Below, one piece after another: positions 10,170 to 20,000 of a stretch of DNA of 20,000 bases (positions are counted from its first letter, which is position 1; each line of letters starts with the position of its first letter). A program made the translations under genes and the position numbers. The notes under the pieces are model-generated. The model was not told the DNA's origin. It worked only from the letters and a program-made list of their open reading frames with translations, and ran no database searches. This DNA comes from Chiloscyllium plagiosum (taxonomy: Eukaryota). The stretch lies in NCBI RefSeq assembly GCF_004010195.1, contig NC_057749.1, positions 20,623,273 to 20,643,272 on the forward strand, read 5' to 3'.

Positions 10170-11288
10170 CTGCAATGTGACTCCTCCAAAGGGGAACTTG
10201 GGAGTCGAGATTCAATGAAGTCTGATGGCATATGTCACACATGGGCAAGGAAACATCCTGCTGATTACCACTTCCACCTTCTCTCAGCTGACAGATCAGC
10301 ATTTCACCATGTCAAAAACCATGTCAAGAAGCACAAAAGAGATCAAGGGTACAGAATCTACTCTAGGTAGAGAACTTAAATTTCTATCACCAAGCGTGGT
10401 TCAGAGGCAACATATCTGACTGAGCCGGCAGAACCTTGAAAGAACTATCTGCCACATTAGCCCTGCAGCAGCTAACAAGAAAACCAACATGAAGGGAAAA
10501 ACCAACTTGACTTCACTCTGACCAGTCTACCTTGCGCAGATGTATTTGTCCATGACTGTGTTGGTAGGAGTAACAAGCACATAGTGCTTGTGGCGGTACA
10601 GTTCAAAACTAGACATTCATGGCATACTGTGGCATCAACAACCAAACTGCATTCCACCACTACCTGTAAATGAAGTGTCATATTCCTCACTCCACCATTA
10701 CCGTCAAGCTAGGGGTCCAACCCTGGTTCAGTAAAACAGTTGCACCTGGGTGTACCTAAAGATGTGGTGTGAACACAGGAATGATAACTGAAATTTAGAG
10801 ATGTCCTAATTATCAGAAGCAGTATGCAATAGGCAATAGACTGACAGCAATCTCACAATCAGCAGATCAGAACAAAGATCTCCAATCCTGCTACAACCAG
10901 TTGTGAATTAACACGTGGACAATTAACAGTCATCAGGAGCAAAAGGCTCCACACACATGCCTGCCCTCAATGATGACAGAGCTCACCAAGAGTGCAAAAG
11001 GCAAGAGTGAAATGTTCTAAATCATCCTCAGTCCTAAGAGATTGACCTATTGCAGTCTCCCCAAGTCTCCACCCTCAAAGAAGTGAGGCTTCAGTTAATT
11101 TGGTTCACTTGGTATATCAAGAAATGGCTCAGCCAATTCATTGTAAAAAGAAAACTCTATGGTCCGAAACCACATTCTAGCTGAATACGTGCTCCATAAC
11201 TGGTCCTGCCTTTAGCCAAGCTAAAGTACCCCTATGATACTGGTGCTATGTCACAAAGTTGGAAAAGTACCCAGATATGCCCAGTCCA
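10170..11288 (+). mobile_element. Older CR1/L2-clade LINE, degenerate endonuclease/linker region
   Basis: Degenerate APE motifs: HGQGNILLITT..., P-T-x-G-K-N-Q-L-D-F-T-L-T (10484-10522) and V-G-R-S-N-K-H-I-V (remnant of the GxSDH motif). It stops just before the RT NYRP motif. The left boundary is approximate. Confidence 0.7.
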
Positions 11289-13908
11289 TTGAATCAAAAG
11301 ACACAGGAGCAGAAATTAGGCCATTCAGCCCATCGAGTCTGCTCTGCCATTCAATCATGGCTGGTAAGTTTCTCAACCTCATTCTATACTTTCTCCCTGT
11401 AACCCTTGATCCTCAAGAACATATCTCAGTCTTAAATATACTCAATGATCTGGCCTCCACAGCCTTCTGTGACAATGAATTCTACAGATGCACCACGCTC
11501 TGGCTGAAGAAGTTTCTCCTGATCTCCATTCTAAAAGATTTTCCCTTTACTCTCAGGTTGTGCACTTGGGTCCTAGTCTCACCGAATAATGGAAACATCT
11601 TCCCAACATCCACTCTGTCCAGGCCGTTCAGTATTCTGCATGTTTCAATTAGATCTCCCTTCATCCCTCTAAACTCTGAATATAGACCAAAAGCACTCAT
11701 ATTTTCCTCATAGTTAAGTTTTCATTCATGGGACCATTCTTATGAACCTCCTCTGAACATGCTCCAGGGCCAGTACATCCTTCCAGAGGTATGGGGCCCA
11801 AAACCGAGTACGATATTCCAAATGTGGTCTGACCAGAGCCTTATAAAGCTTCAGAAGTACATCCCTGCTTTTATATTCAAGTACTCTCAAAATAAATGCC
11901 ATCATTGCAGTTGCTTTCCTAACTACTGACTCAACCTGCAAGTTCACCTTAAGAGAATCCTAGACTAGAATTCAAGTCTCTTTGCACTTCAGACTTCTGA
12001 ATTTTCTCCCCATTTAGAAAATAGTCCACGCTTCTATTCTTCCTACAAAAGTGCATGACCTCGCAGCTTCCCACATTGTACTCCACCTGCTACTTCTTTG
12101 CTCACTCTCCTAACCCATCCAAATCCTTCTGCAGCTTCCTCACCTCCTCAATGCTACCTGCTCCTCAACCTATCTTTGTATCATCTGCAAACTTAGCCAA
12201 AATGTTTCTTCATCTAGATCGTTAATATATAAAATGAAAAGTTGTGGTTCCAACACTGAACACCACATCGACTTCCATCCTGAGAAGGAACCTTTTATCC
12301 CCACTCTCTGCTTTCTGCCAGACAGCCAAGCTTCTCTCCATGCTAGCACCTTGTATCTAACACCATGGGCCCTTATCTTACTCAGTAGCCTCCTCCATGG
12401 CACCTTGTCAAAGGCCTTCTTGAAATCCAGGTAAATAGCATCCATTGGCTCTCCCTGGTTTAACCTGCTCATTATGTCCTCAAAGAAATCTAGCAGATTT
12501 GTAAGGCGTGACCTCCCCTTGATGAAACCATGCTGACTTTGTCCAATTTTACCATACACTTCCAAGCATTCAGAAATCTCTCCTTCATAACGGATTCCAG
12601 GATCTTACCCATGACCTAGGTTAGGCTAATCGGTCTGTAATTTTCCATTTTTTGCCTTACTCCCTTTTTGAATAGGGGTGCCACATTAGCAATTTTCCAG
12701 TATTCTGGGACTCTCCCTGATTCTAGCGATTTCTGAAAGATCACCATTAACGCTTCCACTATCTCTTCAGCTATCTCCCTTATGACTCTGAGGTGTAGTC
12801 CACCTGGTCCAGGTGATTTATCCACCTTTAGGACATTCAGTTTTTTCAGCACCTTCTCCTTGGTGATGGTTACCACACTCATCTGTGCCCCCTCATTCTC
12901 CTGAAGGGGATATTATTCGTGTCTTCAACTGCGAAGACTGATGTGAAGTAATTATTCAGTTCCTCAGCCATTTCCTTGTTCCCCACTACTATCTATCCAG
13001 TGTTATTTTCCAGCAGCCACTTTTGCCTCTCTTTTGCCCTTCATATATCTGAAGAAACTCTTACAATCTTCCTTTATATTACTGGCTAGGTTACCCTCAT
13101 ATTTAATCTTCTCCCTCCTTATTTCTTTTTTTTTCTGTTGCCTCTGTTACATAGAACATTACAGCGCAGTACAGGCCCTTCGGCCCTCGATGTTGCGCCG
13201 CCCTGTCATACTAATCTGAAGCACATCCCACCTGCACTATTCCATATACCTGTCCAATGACTACTTAAATGCACTTAAACTTGGCGAATCTGTTGGTCTT
13301 TGTAAACTTCCCAATCCTCTGGCCTCCCATTGCCCTTTGCCACATTATATGCATTCTCTTACGCTTTTATGCTATCACTGAATTCTCTAGTCAGCCAGGG
13401 TTATCTCATCCTCCCTGTACCATGCCTCTTTTTCCTTGGGGTGAATCTCTGCTGTGTTTCCTGAATTACTCCCAGAAACTCCTGCCTTTGCTGTTCCACT
13501 GTCTTTCCTGCTTGGCTCTTCCCCCAGTCAATTCTACACAGCTCCTCCCTCGTGCCTCTGTAGTTGCTTTTATTCAGCTGCAATATTGTTACTCTGATTC
13601 TATCTTCTCCCTCTCAAATTGCAGAACAAATTCTATCATGTTATGATCACTGCCTCCTAAGGGTTCCTTCACCTTACGTTCTCTTATTAAGACTGCCTCA
13701 TTGCACAACACTAAATCCAGTACTGTCTTTTCCCTAGTGGGTTCTACCACAAGCTGCCCCAAAAGCCATCTCATAGACTTTCCACAAATTCCTTTTCTTG
13801 CATTCCATTACCAATCTGATTTTTGCAGTCCACCTGCGTATTGAAATCCCTCATGATCACTGTAACTGCCTTTCGTGCACATCTCTTCTACCTCTTAGTG
13901 CACTTATG
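11289..13908 (-). mobile_element. 5'-truncated CR1 LINE (endonuclease C-part + RT + 3' UTR), a subfamily distinct from the 7588 and 16436 copies
   Basis: Peptides EPTREKTVLDLVLCNE..GGSDHN (13589-13774), KSPGPGG...NYRPISLT (12616-12882), QHGFIKGRS.LTNLLDFF..YLDFKKAFDKVP (12170-12565), YKALVRPHLEY (11726-11947) and DLIETCRIL (11482-11700). The 3' UTR is at 11290-11350. Confidence 0.95.
13149..13288 (-). mobile_element. 140-bp CR1 3'-end fragment nested in the 11289-13908 LINE, with 6-bp TSD
   Basis: ACATAGAACATTACAGCGCAGTACAGGCCCTTCGGCCCTCG is the same type of 3' terminus as at 80-118. It is flanked by TCTGTT at 13143-13148 and 13289-13294. Confidence 0.85.
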
Positions 13909-14244
13909 GCCCAATCTGTGTAATTACTGCCCCTTCCCTTTACTCAATCAATAGCAAGGAGATCAAGTATGTCATTGATAGCACTACCACACAGCACTTA
14001 CTCACCAACAATCCACTCAGTTTGGATTCTACAAGGATCGCTTCTCTCAGGTTAACACCATCCTGATTTGGGAATATATTGCTGCTGGGTTAACGTCCAC
14101 AACTCCTTACTCCATGGCACCAGTGCAAAAACATCCACCATAAAAATTACAATGGGTCGAGAAGCTGATTCACCGCTGCTTCCTCAAGGACAGTGAATGC
14201 TGATCTTGCAAGTGATGCCTACATCCCATGAATGTATTAAAAAA
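13909..14244 (+). mobile_element. Continuation and 3' end of the older LINE that starts at 10170 (most of RT deleted at ~14050)
   Basis: AATTACTGCCCC (NYCP, remnant of NYRP) ... CAGTTTGGATTC (QFGF), then a jump to the 3' end AGTGATGCCTACATCCCATGAATGTATTAAAAAA, the reverse complement counterpart of 15925-15957. Confidence 0.7.
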
Positions 14245-14294
14245 TCTTCAGCTTCATGTTTGTGAAGTTAAGGAAGAAAGTGAATATTAAAGGG

Positions 14295-15100
14295 CTATAC
14301 CAGGTGTAAAAAGGCAGTCCTTTTAAGCTGAATGAATTTGGTTGCCTTCTACAATCATTACAATCTTCTCTTTCCATGACAATGTGATGGAAAACACTGG
14401 AACCCTTTAACGTCCACAGTGAAGTCACACAGGAAAATATACTGGTGCAAACACTCAAGAATATGGTTCTCTTTGTCACTGCCATGCACCTTCAGGAAGG
14501 GGGGTGCTTACTTATATCTCAGAACAGAGAGAAAGCTATTTGCCTGTATATCAAGACAAATGTGTGACAAGTTCTCATCAGAGACCTGCTCTGTACTGAA
14601 GTTGCTTACACAATTATTCCATACCAAGGAACACCTTCACTGGCAAGTGACAGATTCTCTTATGCCAATGAGTCTGACTTGACCATAAGACAAATATCAT
14701 GGTCCACTGTCAGAAGGATGAAGCCCATATAGCCAAAGATCTTCTGGATAGTGAACCAGCCACTGCAATAATCTGCAGGACATCATAGCATCACTAGAAT
14801 GCACTTCTAAGACAGATATGAAGTTGGTTGATAGCGACATGGACAATTGAACAACAGTTGTCAAGAGGAGATGGCCACTGAGTCAGGACACTGGATGAAA
14901 TGAGGAAAGAAGGAAAACTCAGCTGGCCAACAGGGCTCAGTAAAAAGAAAGGCAGTGAATCCTCGCATCTTTATCTGCAGCAATTTTGGCAGGAGCTGTC
15001 AAGCCAGAGTGGGGTTCCTGAATCACACCAGGCAATGTTTGACAGAGGTGACCATCAAGATGAAAACTACTGCCTCCAGAAACAGAAGGATGCCCCCAAG
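14295..15100 (+). mobile_element. Degenerate RTE-clade LINE (RT part and C-terminus, internally deleted)
   Basis: Remnant peptides: FGC...FHDN..EPFNVHSEVTQENIL.QTL (RTE consensus PF.V.SGVKQGCVLAPTLF), GAYLYLRTERKLF, IAKDLLDSEPAT (RIPKDLLYGEL), KTDMKLVDSDMDN*, and the C-terminal FICSNFGRSCQARVGFLNHTRQC (14970-15038). The end motif is ACAGAAGGATGCC. Confidence 0.8.
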
Positions 15101-15369
15101 ATACAAATGGCTGGATTAGTATACCTAATCGCTTGTGAATATAATGGCAAATCAATTATAAAAAGACTATAAAACGAGATAAAGTGGAACTGGTTTGAGG
15201 CAGAAAGAAAAGGTAACCAAAAAGAAGTTATAATTTTATATCTGAAGTTTTAAAAATCCTCAAAATTAATAGGGTTTCACTGGGCTAGACAGGTTAGTTG
15301 ACAGCCAATCGGCAAGGACCATGCTGCTGTTCAAAGGCTACTTATATTATTAACTTATAGACTTAAGCT

Positions 15370-15480
15370 TTAGATATTTAGAATCAGCCTGTTAAAATTT
15401 ATTACAAATCTCTAAAGGGACTTGAATGCAGGCCCCCTGGTCCGGAGGTAGGGAAACAACCACTGCAGCACAGAGGCCCT
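15370..15480 (-). mobile_element. Short tRNA-derived SINE
   Basis: The reverse complement is AGGGCCTCTGTGCTGCAGTGGTTGTTTCCCTACCTCCGGACCAGGGGGCCTGCATTCAAGTCCC..., with A-box-like TGCTGCAGTGG and B-box-like (C)ATTCAAGTCC at tRNA-like spacing. Confidence 0.55.
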
Positions 15481-15702
15481 AGACTAAGCTCGTATGTTGA
15501 ATTTAGTGGTAAATGCAGTAATCTTTATGACGGACATGGAGAGGTCAATTATGAGATGGTGTCATTGTTAACTAAATCACACAACAAGGGATATTAGCTG
15601 GCAACTTGCAGTACTTCCCAACATATGGGGTATCTCATCTTTGGTCACAAATAATAGCTGAATTGTGCTGTTGTACCATTTACTTAACAAGGATACCATC
15701 TC

Positions 15703-15742
15703 AGATTCCTGAAGAAGGGCTTATGCCCGAAACATCGATTCT
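15703..15742 (+). ncRNA. Minimal type I hammerhead ribozyme motif (Penelope-type), possibly inactivated
   Basis: CUGAAGA (15709-15715), A, helix II GGGC-UUAU-GCCC (15717-15728), GAAA (15729-15732), C, triplet AUC (15734-15736). Helix I is AGAUUC/GAUUCU (5 of 6 pairs). Confidence 0.7.
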
Positions 15743-15834
15743 CCTGTTCCCTGGATGCTGCCTGACCTGCTGCGCTTTTCCAGCAACACATTTTCAGCTC
15801 TGATCTCCAGCATCTGCAGACCTCACTTTCTCCT
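15704..15834 (+). mobile_element. Short non-coding Penelope-like element fragment with a 16-bp target-site duplication
   Basis: Perfect direct repeat CAAGGATACCATCTCA at 15688-15703 and 15835-15850. The insert begins with a hammerhead motif and continues with GATGCTGCCTGACCTGCTGCGCTTTTCCAGC...CTCCAGCATCTGCAG, recalled as the Penelope terminal-repeat sequence abundant in sharks. Confidence 0.8.
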
Positions 15835-15924
15835 CAAGGATACCATCTCATTCTTGTTCGCCCCATGTAAATGTTGTATGTTAAATATTTATGCCCATCA
15901 TTGCAGCTTGTTATCTTATCAATG

Positions 15925-16435
15925 ATTTTTTGATCACTCATGGGATGTCAGTGTCACTGGCTCAATCAGTATGTATTTATCCATTCCTAGTTGCCCTTGA
16001 GAAGGTGATGATGAGCTACTGCCTTGAACAGCTGCAGTCCAAGTGGCATAGCTAGACACAAAATGCCATTAGGGAGGGAATTCCAGGATTCGGCCCCAGC
16101 AACATTGAAGGAACAGCAATATATTTCCAAATCAGGATGGTGAATGGCTTATGTATCTGCTGTCCTTCTAGATGATTGTGATCGTGGGTTTGGAAAGTGG
16201 CTCGATGATTTTCCGCAGTGAAACATGTAAATGGTACTCTCTACTGCTACTGCCATCAGTGGTGGAGGGACTGGCTGTCTGCGGACGCACGCCAATCAAG
16301 TGAACGTTTTGTCCTGAATGGTGTCAAGCTTCTTGAGTGTTGTTGGAGCTGTATAGATTCAGGCAAGTGGAGAATACTCCATCATAATTCAGAATTTTGT
16401 CTTGTAGATGGTGGACAGGCTTTGGAGATGTAAGC
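15925..16435 (-). mobile_element. Older CR1/L2-clade LINE, 3' part (continues at 17558)
   Basis: T-run followed by ATGGGATGTCAGTGTCACTGG...GCCCTTGAGAAGGTGATGATGAGC. Homologous to 7529-7587 + 8965-9280 and to the reverse complement of 14055-14244. Confidence 0.75.
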
Positions 16436-17557
16436 TAGAGTCATAGAGATGTACAGCATGAAAACAGACGCTCTGGTCCAACTCGTCCATGCTGACCGGA
16501 TATCCCAACCCAGTCTAGTCCCACCTGCCAGCAACTAACCCATATCCCTCCAAACCCTTCCTATTCATACTCCCATCCAGATGCCTTTTAAATGTTGCAA
16601 TTCTACCAGCCTCCACCACTTCCTCTGGCAGCTCATTCCATACATGTACCACCCTCCGAGTGAAAACATTGTCCCTTAGATCTCTTTTATATCTTTCCCC
16701 TCTCAGCCTAAACCTATGCCCTCTAGTTCTGGAATCCCCCACCACAGGGAAAAGACTTTGTCTATTTATCTTATCCATACCCCTCATGATTTTATAAACC
16801 ATTATAAAGTCACCCCTCAGCCTCTTGACGCTCCAGGGAAAACAGCCTTAGCCTATTCAATCTCTCCCTATAGCTCAAATTCTCCAACCCTGGCAACATC
16901 CTTGTAAATCTTTTCTAACACTTTCAACTTTCACAACATCCTTCCAATAGGAAGGAGACTAGAATTGCACACAATATTCCAACAGTGGCTTAACCAATAT
17001 ACTGCACAGCCGCAACATGACCTCCCAACTCCTGTAATCAATAATCTGACCAACAAAGGAAAGCATACCCAACGCCTTCTTCACTATCCTATCTACCTGT
17101 GACTCCACTTTCAAGGAGCTATGAACCTGCACACACAGTCAGTCGCCTGAGTCGGGAATTGAACCCGGGTCTACAGGCGCTAAAAGTCCTGCTAAAATTT
17201 ACTTTCCCAAAGTGCAGCACCTCACATTTATCTAAATTAAACTCCATCTGCCACTTCTCAGCCCACTGGCCCCTCTGATCAAGGTCCCGTTGTAATCTGA
17301 GTTAACATTCTTCGCTGTCCACTACACCTCCAATTTTGGTGTCACCAGCAAACTTACTAACTATACCTCCCATGCTTGCATCCAAATCATTTATATGAAT
17401 GACAAAAAGTAGAGGACCCAGCACCGATCCTTGTGGCACTACACTGATCACAGGCCTCAAGTCTGAAAAACGACCCTCCACTACCACCCTGTCTTTTACC
17501 TTTGAGCCAGTTCTGTATCCAAATGGCGAGTTCTCCCTGTATTCCATGAGATCTAAC
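16436..17557 (-). mobile_element. 5'-truncated CR1 (HER1-like) LINE
   Basis: Tail TAGAGTCATAGAGATGTACAGC on +. Peptides VYKIMRGMDKINRQSLFP...WNELPEEVVEAG (16515-16802) and VPQGSVLGPLLFVIHINDL..SKFAGDTK (17302-17500). Confidence 0.95.
17131..17181 (-). mobile_element. 51-bp internal fragment of the HE1-type SINE head (B box) embedded in CR1
   Basis: The reverse complement AGCGCCTGTAGACCCGGGTTCAATTCCCGACTCAGGCGACTGACTGTGTG matches 19714-19763 of the full SINE. Confidence 0.85.
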
Positions 17558-18270
17558 TGATCTAGGATTTCAAGCCTCGACCTGCTCTTGTTTACAGGGA
17601 TTGTCCAGTTCAATTTCAAACCAATGGTAACTCCTTGAAGCTGATACTGAGGGATTCAGAACTGGAAATGTCATTGAATGCCAAGGGTGAATGGTTGGAT
17701 TCTCTCTTGTTGGAGATGATCGTTGCCTGGCACTGTGTCATTCAAATATACTTGCCACTTGTTAGTCCAAAACTAGATATTATCCAGATCTTGCAGAATT
17801 TGGGCATGGACTGAGTCAGTATTTGAGGAGTTGTGAATGGTGCTAATATTATGAAATCATTGGCAAACATCCCTACAACTGACCTTATTATGGAGAGGAA
17901 ATCATTAATGAAGCAACCGAATTTGGGTGAGTCGAGGATACTATGTTGAAAATCTCGTGCAGAGATGTCCTGAGAGTCGAGAAGACAGTCCTCCCACACC
18001 TGTCTTTCTATAGGGATGCATGATTTTAACCAGTGGACAATTTTACTCAATTCCCACTGACTCCAGCTTCATTGATGCCACGCTTGGCCAAATGCAATCT
18101 TGATGTCAGGGCAGTCACTCTCACCTCACTTCTTAAATTCAAATCTTTTGTTCGTGTTTGAACTATGTTCTAATGAGATCAGGGGCTGAGTGGCCCTAGC
18201 TGGAGGAACCCAAACTGAGTGTCAATGGGCAGTCTATTGCTATGCCAGTGTAGTCTGGAAGCACTGTTAA
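17558..18270 (-). mobile_element. Older CR1/L2-clade LINE, RT region (continuation of 15925-16435)
   Basis: ORF 17742-18050 gives Q.SIL.SP.FGCFINDFLSIIRS.VGMFAND (RT core, FADD remnant). LDIK.AF..VWH (CTTGATGTCAG region, ~18075-18110) and QFGF (AACCCAAACTG at 18207) lie upstream. Confidence 0.75.
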
Positions 18271-18927
18271 GTGAAGGCAAGTTTATTGACTAGTAACCAA
18301 CTAATGCCTTCTGCTTGGCAACGACTATCCAATTGGTTCTCAGGTAGCTGAAAAGCTTAGGAAGCTGGACAAGATACAGAAACTATTCAGATCTCCATCA
18401 ACTAGAAGCTTCCTTTGTTCTCTGTAGTGAAAGTCACAACAATCCTGAATAAATCAGTTTTCTTATTTCTCCAGCAGTTGTTGTAATTTGTGACTTATAG
18501 ATTAATAAATCAAATAATCAACTATCTTATATCTCTTTCATATCAGTAGAAGCATCCAGAAAGGAAGACTGAGAGGCACTATTCTGTTCAGGAGAAGAAC
18601 TATCACAGAAGATGCTGTGAATAGAGACCACTGAACTGCTTTCCCAATTTCCCCTCCAACCATAACACCCATGTATTTTTTTCAACTTTATGTGCATGTG
18701 TAAGGGGAGGTTATAAGGGGATTACCCACAGCTGGAGTCTATCTATTTGCATAAAATAGTAATTTTTGATAAATACAGAAACATGGTCTGTGCTTTCTAT
18801 CAATCTGGGTTCAAAAGACAGGCAAATTGGGGAAATTTTGCATACGGTTTAAAATTCTTTAACTTTTGTGACAACTCTGGGAATGGACGACTCAATTTCC
18901 AGCATGCTATCCCAGTGAGGTGCAAGA
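18271..18927 (+). mobile_element. Probable degenerate solo LTR (Gypsy-like)
   Basis: Non-coding block between two unrelated LINE fragments. The 3' part AAAAGACAGGCAAATTGGGGAAATTTTG...TTTAACTTTTGTGACAACTCTGGGAAT...CCCAGTGAGGTGCAAGA resembles shark LTR ends recalled from memory. Clean TG..CA termini and a TSD are not seen. Confidence 0.35.
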
Positions 18928-18928
18928 C

Positions 18929-19150
18929 CACCTATGTCATTGGTACCAATGTGAATCATAATCTCTGTTCATCTTTCCCCTTTAGGATTCTATGCAGCCG
19001 TTCAATGATGTCTTTGCCCCTGGCTGAGGCAATGCCTTATCCAGGGCTCACACTTACACTGGAGAAACCCCATCCATACTCCTCACTATTTCATCTCCTA
19101 ACACTATAGCTCCTCCTCTCTTTCTGCTGGCAGAAATTCCCACGAATTTG
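18929..19150 (-). mobile_element. Isolated CR1 ORF1 SGNH-esterase fragment
   Basis: Minus strand GAIVLGDEIVR (block I GDS remnant, ~19080-19112) and MIHIGTNDI (block III GxND, ~18934-18960). Homologous to 3310-3500. Confidence 0.75.
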
Positions 19151-19311
19151 AGCATTGTTGATTTAAAAAAAGACACAACATCAAAGCTTTTTATCCTGTG
19201 CTCATCAGGACAGATGCAAGAATACCAAGTTTCAAAGGGAGCAAAAATTAAACACAAGCTTAGGGGACAACAGTTCCCTCTTATATTCCCCAAGATAATG
19301 TCATAAACAAT

Positions 19312-19673
19312 CAACAGACAATAGGTGCAGGAGTAGGCCATTCAGCCCTTCGAGCCTGCACCGCCATTCAATATGATCATGGCTGATCATTCCTAATCAG
19401 TATCCACTTCCTGCCTGATCTCCATAACCCTTGATTCCACTATCTTTGAGAGCTCTATCCAACTCTTTCTTAAATGAATCCAGAGACTGGGCCTCCACTG
19501 CCCTCTGGGGCAGAGCATTCCACACAGCCACCACTCTCTGGGTAAAGAAGTTTCTCCTCATCTCTGTCCTAAATGGTCTACCCTGTATTTTTAAGCTGTG
19601 TCCTCTGGTTCAGCACTCACCCATCAGAGGAAACAGGTTTCCTGCTGCCAGAGTGTCCAATCCTTTCATAATC
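19312..19673 (-). mobile_element. CR1 LINE 3' end (young-looking), interrupted by a SINE and probably continuing past the window
   Basis: 3' UTR AGGAGTAGGCCATTCAGCCCTTCGAGCCTGC. Peptide IMKGLDTLAAGNLFPLMGE..MRRNFFTQRVVAVWNALPQRAVEA. Confidence 0.92.
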
Positions 19674-19997
19674 GGGTGGCACGGTGACACAGTGGTTAGC
19701 ACTGCTGCCTCACAGCGCCAGAGATCCGGGTTCAATTCCCACCTCAGGCGACTGACTGGGTGGAGTTTGCACGTTCTCCCCGTGTCTGCGTGGGTTTCCT
19801 CCGGGTGCTCTGGTTTCCTCCCACAGGCCAATGATGTGCAAGTCAGGTGAATTGGCCATGCTAAATTGCCCGTAGTGTTAGGTAAGGGGTAAAGGTAGGG
19901 GTATGGGTGGGTTGCGCTTCGGCAGGGCGGTGTGGATTTGTTGGGCCGAAGGGCCTGTTTCCACACTGTAAGTAATCTAATCTAATCTAATCTAATC
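19674..19997 (+). mobile_element. Full-length HE1-type tRNA-derived SINE (V-SINE) with (TAATC)5 tail
   Basis: A box TGACACAGTGG (19685-19695), B box GGTTCAATTCC (19729-19739), central GTGGAGTTTGCACGTTCTCCCCGTGTCTGCGTGGGTTTCCTCCGGGTGCTC domain, CR1-like 3' end GGGCCGAAGGGCCTGTTTCCACACTGTA, and (TAATC)x5 at 19973-19997. TAATC also immediately precedes the element. Confidence 0.95.
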
Positions 19998-20000
19998 TTA

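Noticed and set aside
16424..17557. GAGATGTAAG / GAGATCTAAC as a TSD of the 16436 LINE
   Set aside because: The match is imperfect and the right copy corresponds to LINE-internal sequence (compare GTGATCTAACC at ~8888).
19674..19745. tRNA gene
   Set aside because: A and B boxes are present, but they continue into a SINE body and tail and there is no proper cloverleaf.
19431..19966. 139-aa and 118-aa ORFs
   Set aside because: They are chance frames across a CR1/SINE junction.

Overview
Eukaryotic, repeat-dense intronic DNA, most likely from a cartilaginous fish (shark). This is inferred from the CR1/HER1-type LINEs and HE1-type tRNA SINEs, recognised from memory and not by database search. 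The only host coding sequence I can support is one 163-nt minus-strand exon (6309-6471) encoding C2H2 zinc fingers of the ZNF532/ZNF592/ZNF687 family. Most of the rest is layered retroelement debris: a near full-length CR1 LINE with an esterase-type ORF1, several 5'-truncated CR1 copies, an older CR1/L2-clade LINE family split three times by younger insertions, a degenerate RTE LINE, tRNA-derived SINEs, a probable solo LTR and a possible hAT MITE. The most interesting signals are (i) a 131-bp Penelope-like insertion carrying a minimal hammerhead ribozyme motif between perfect 16-bp direct repeats, (ii) a ~180-bp diverged inverted repeat that only becomes evident once the 3.8-kb LINE is removed, and (iii) two independent CR1 copies both disrupted by SINE sequence at the same homologous position. 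Most ORFs in the track are LINE fragments or antisense shadows.
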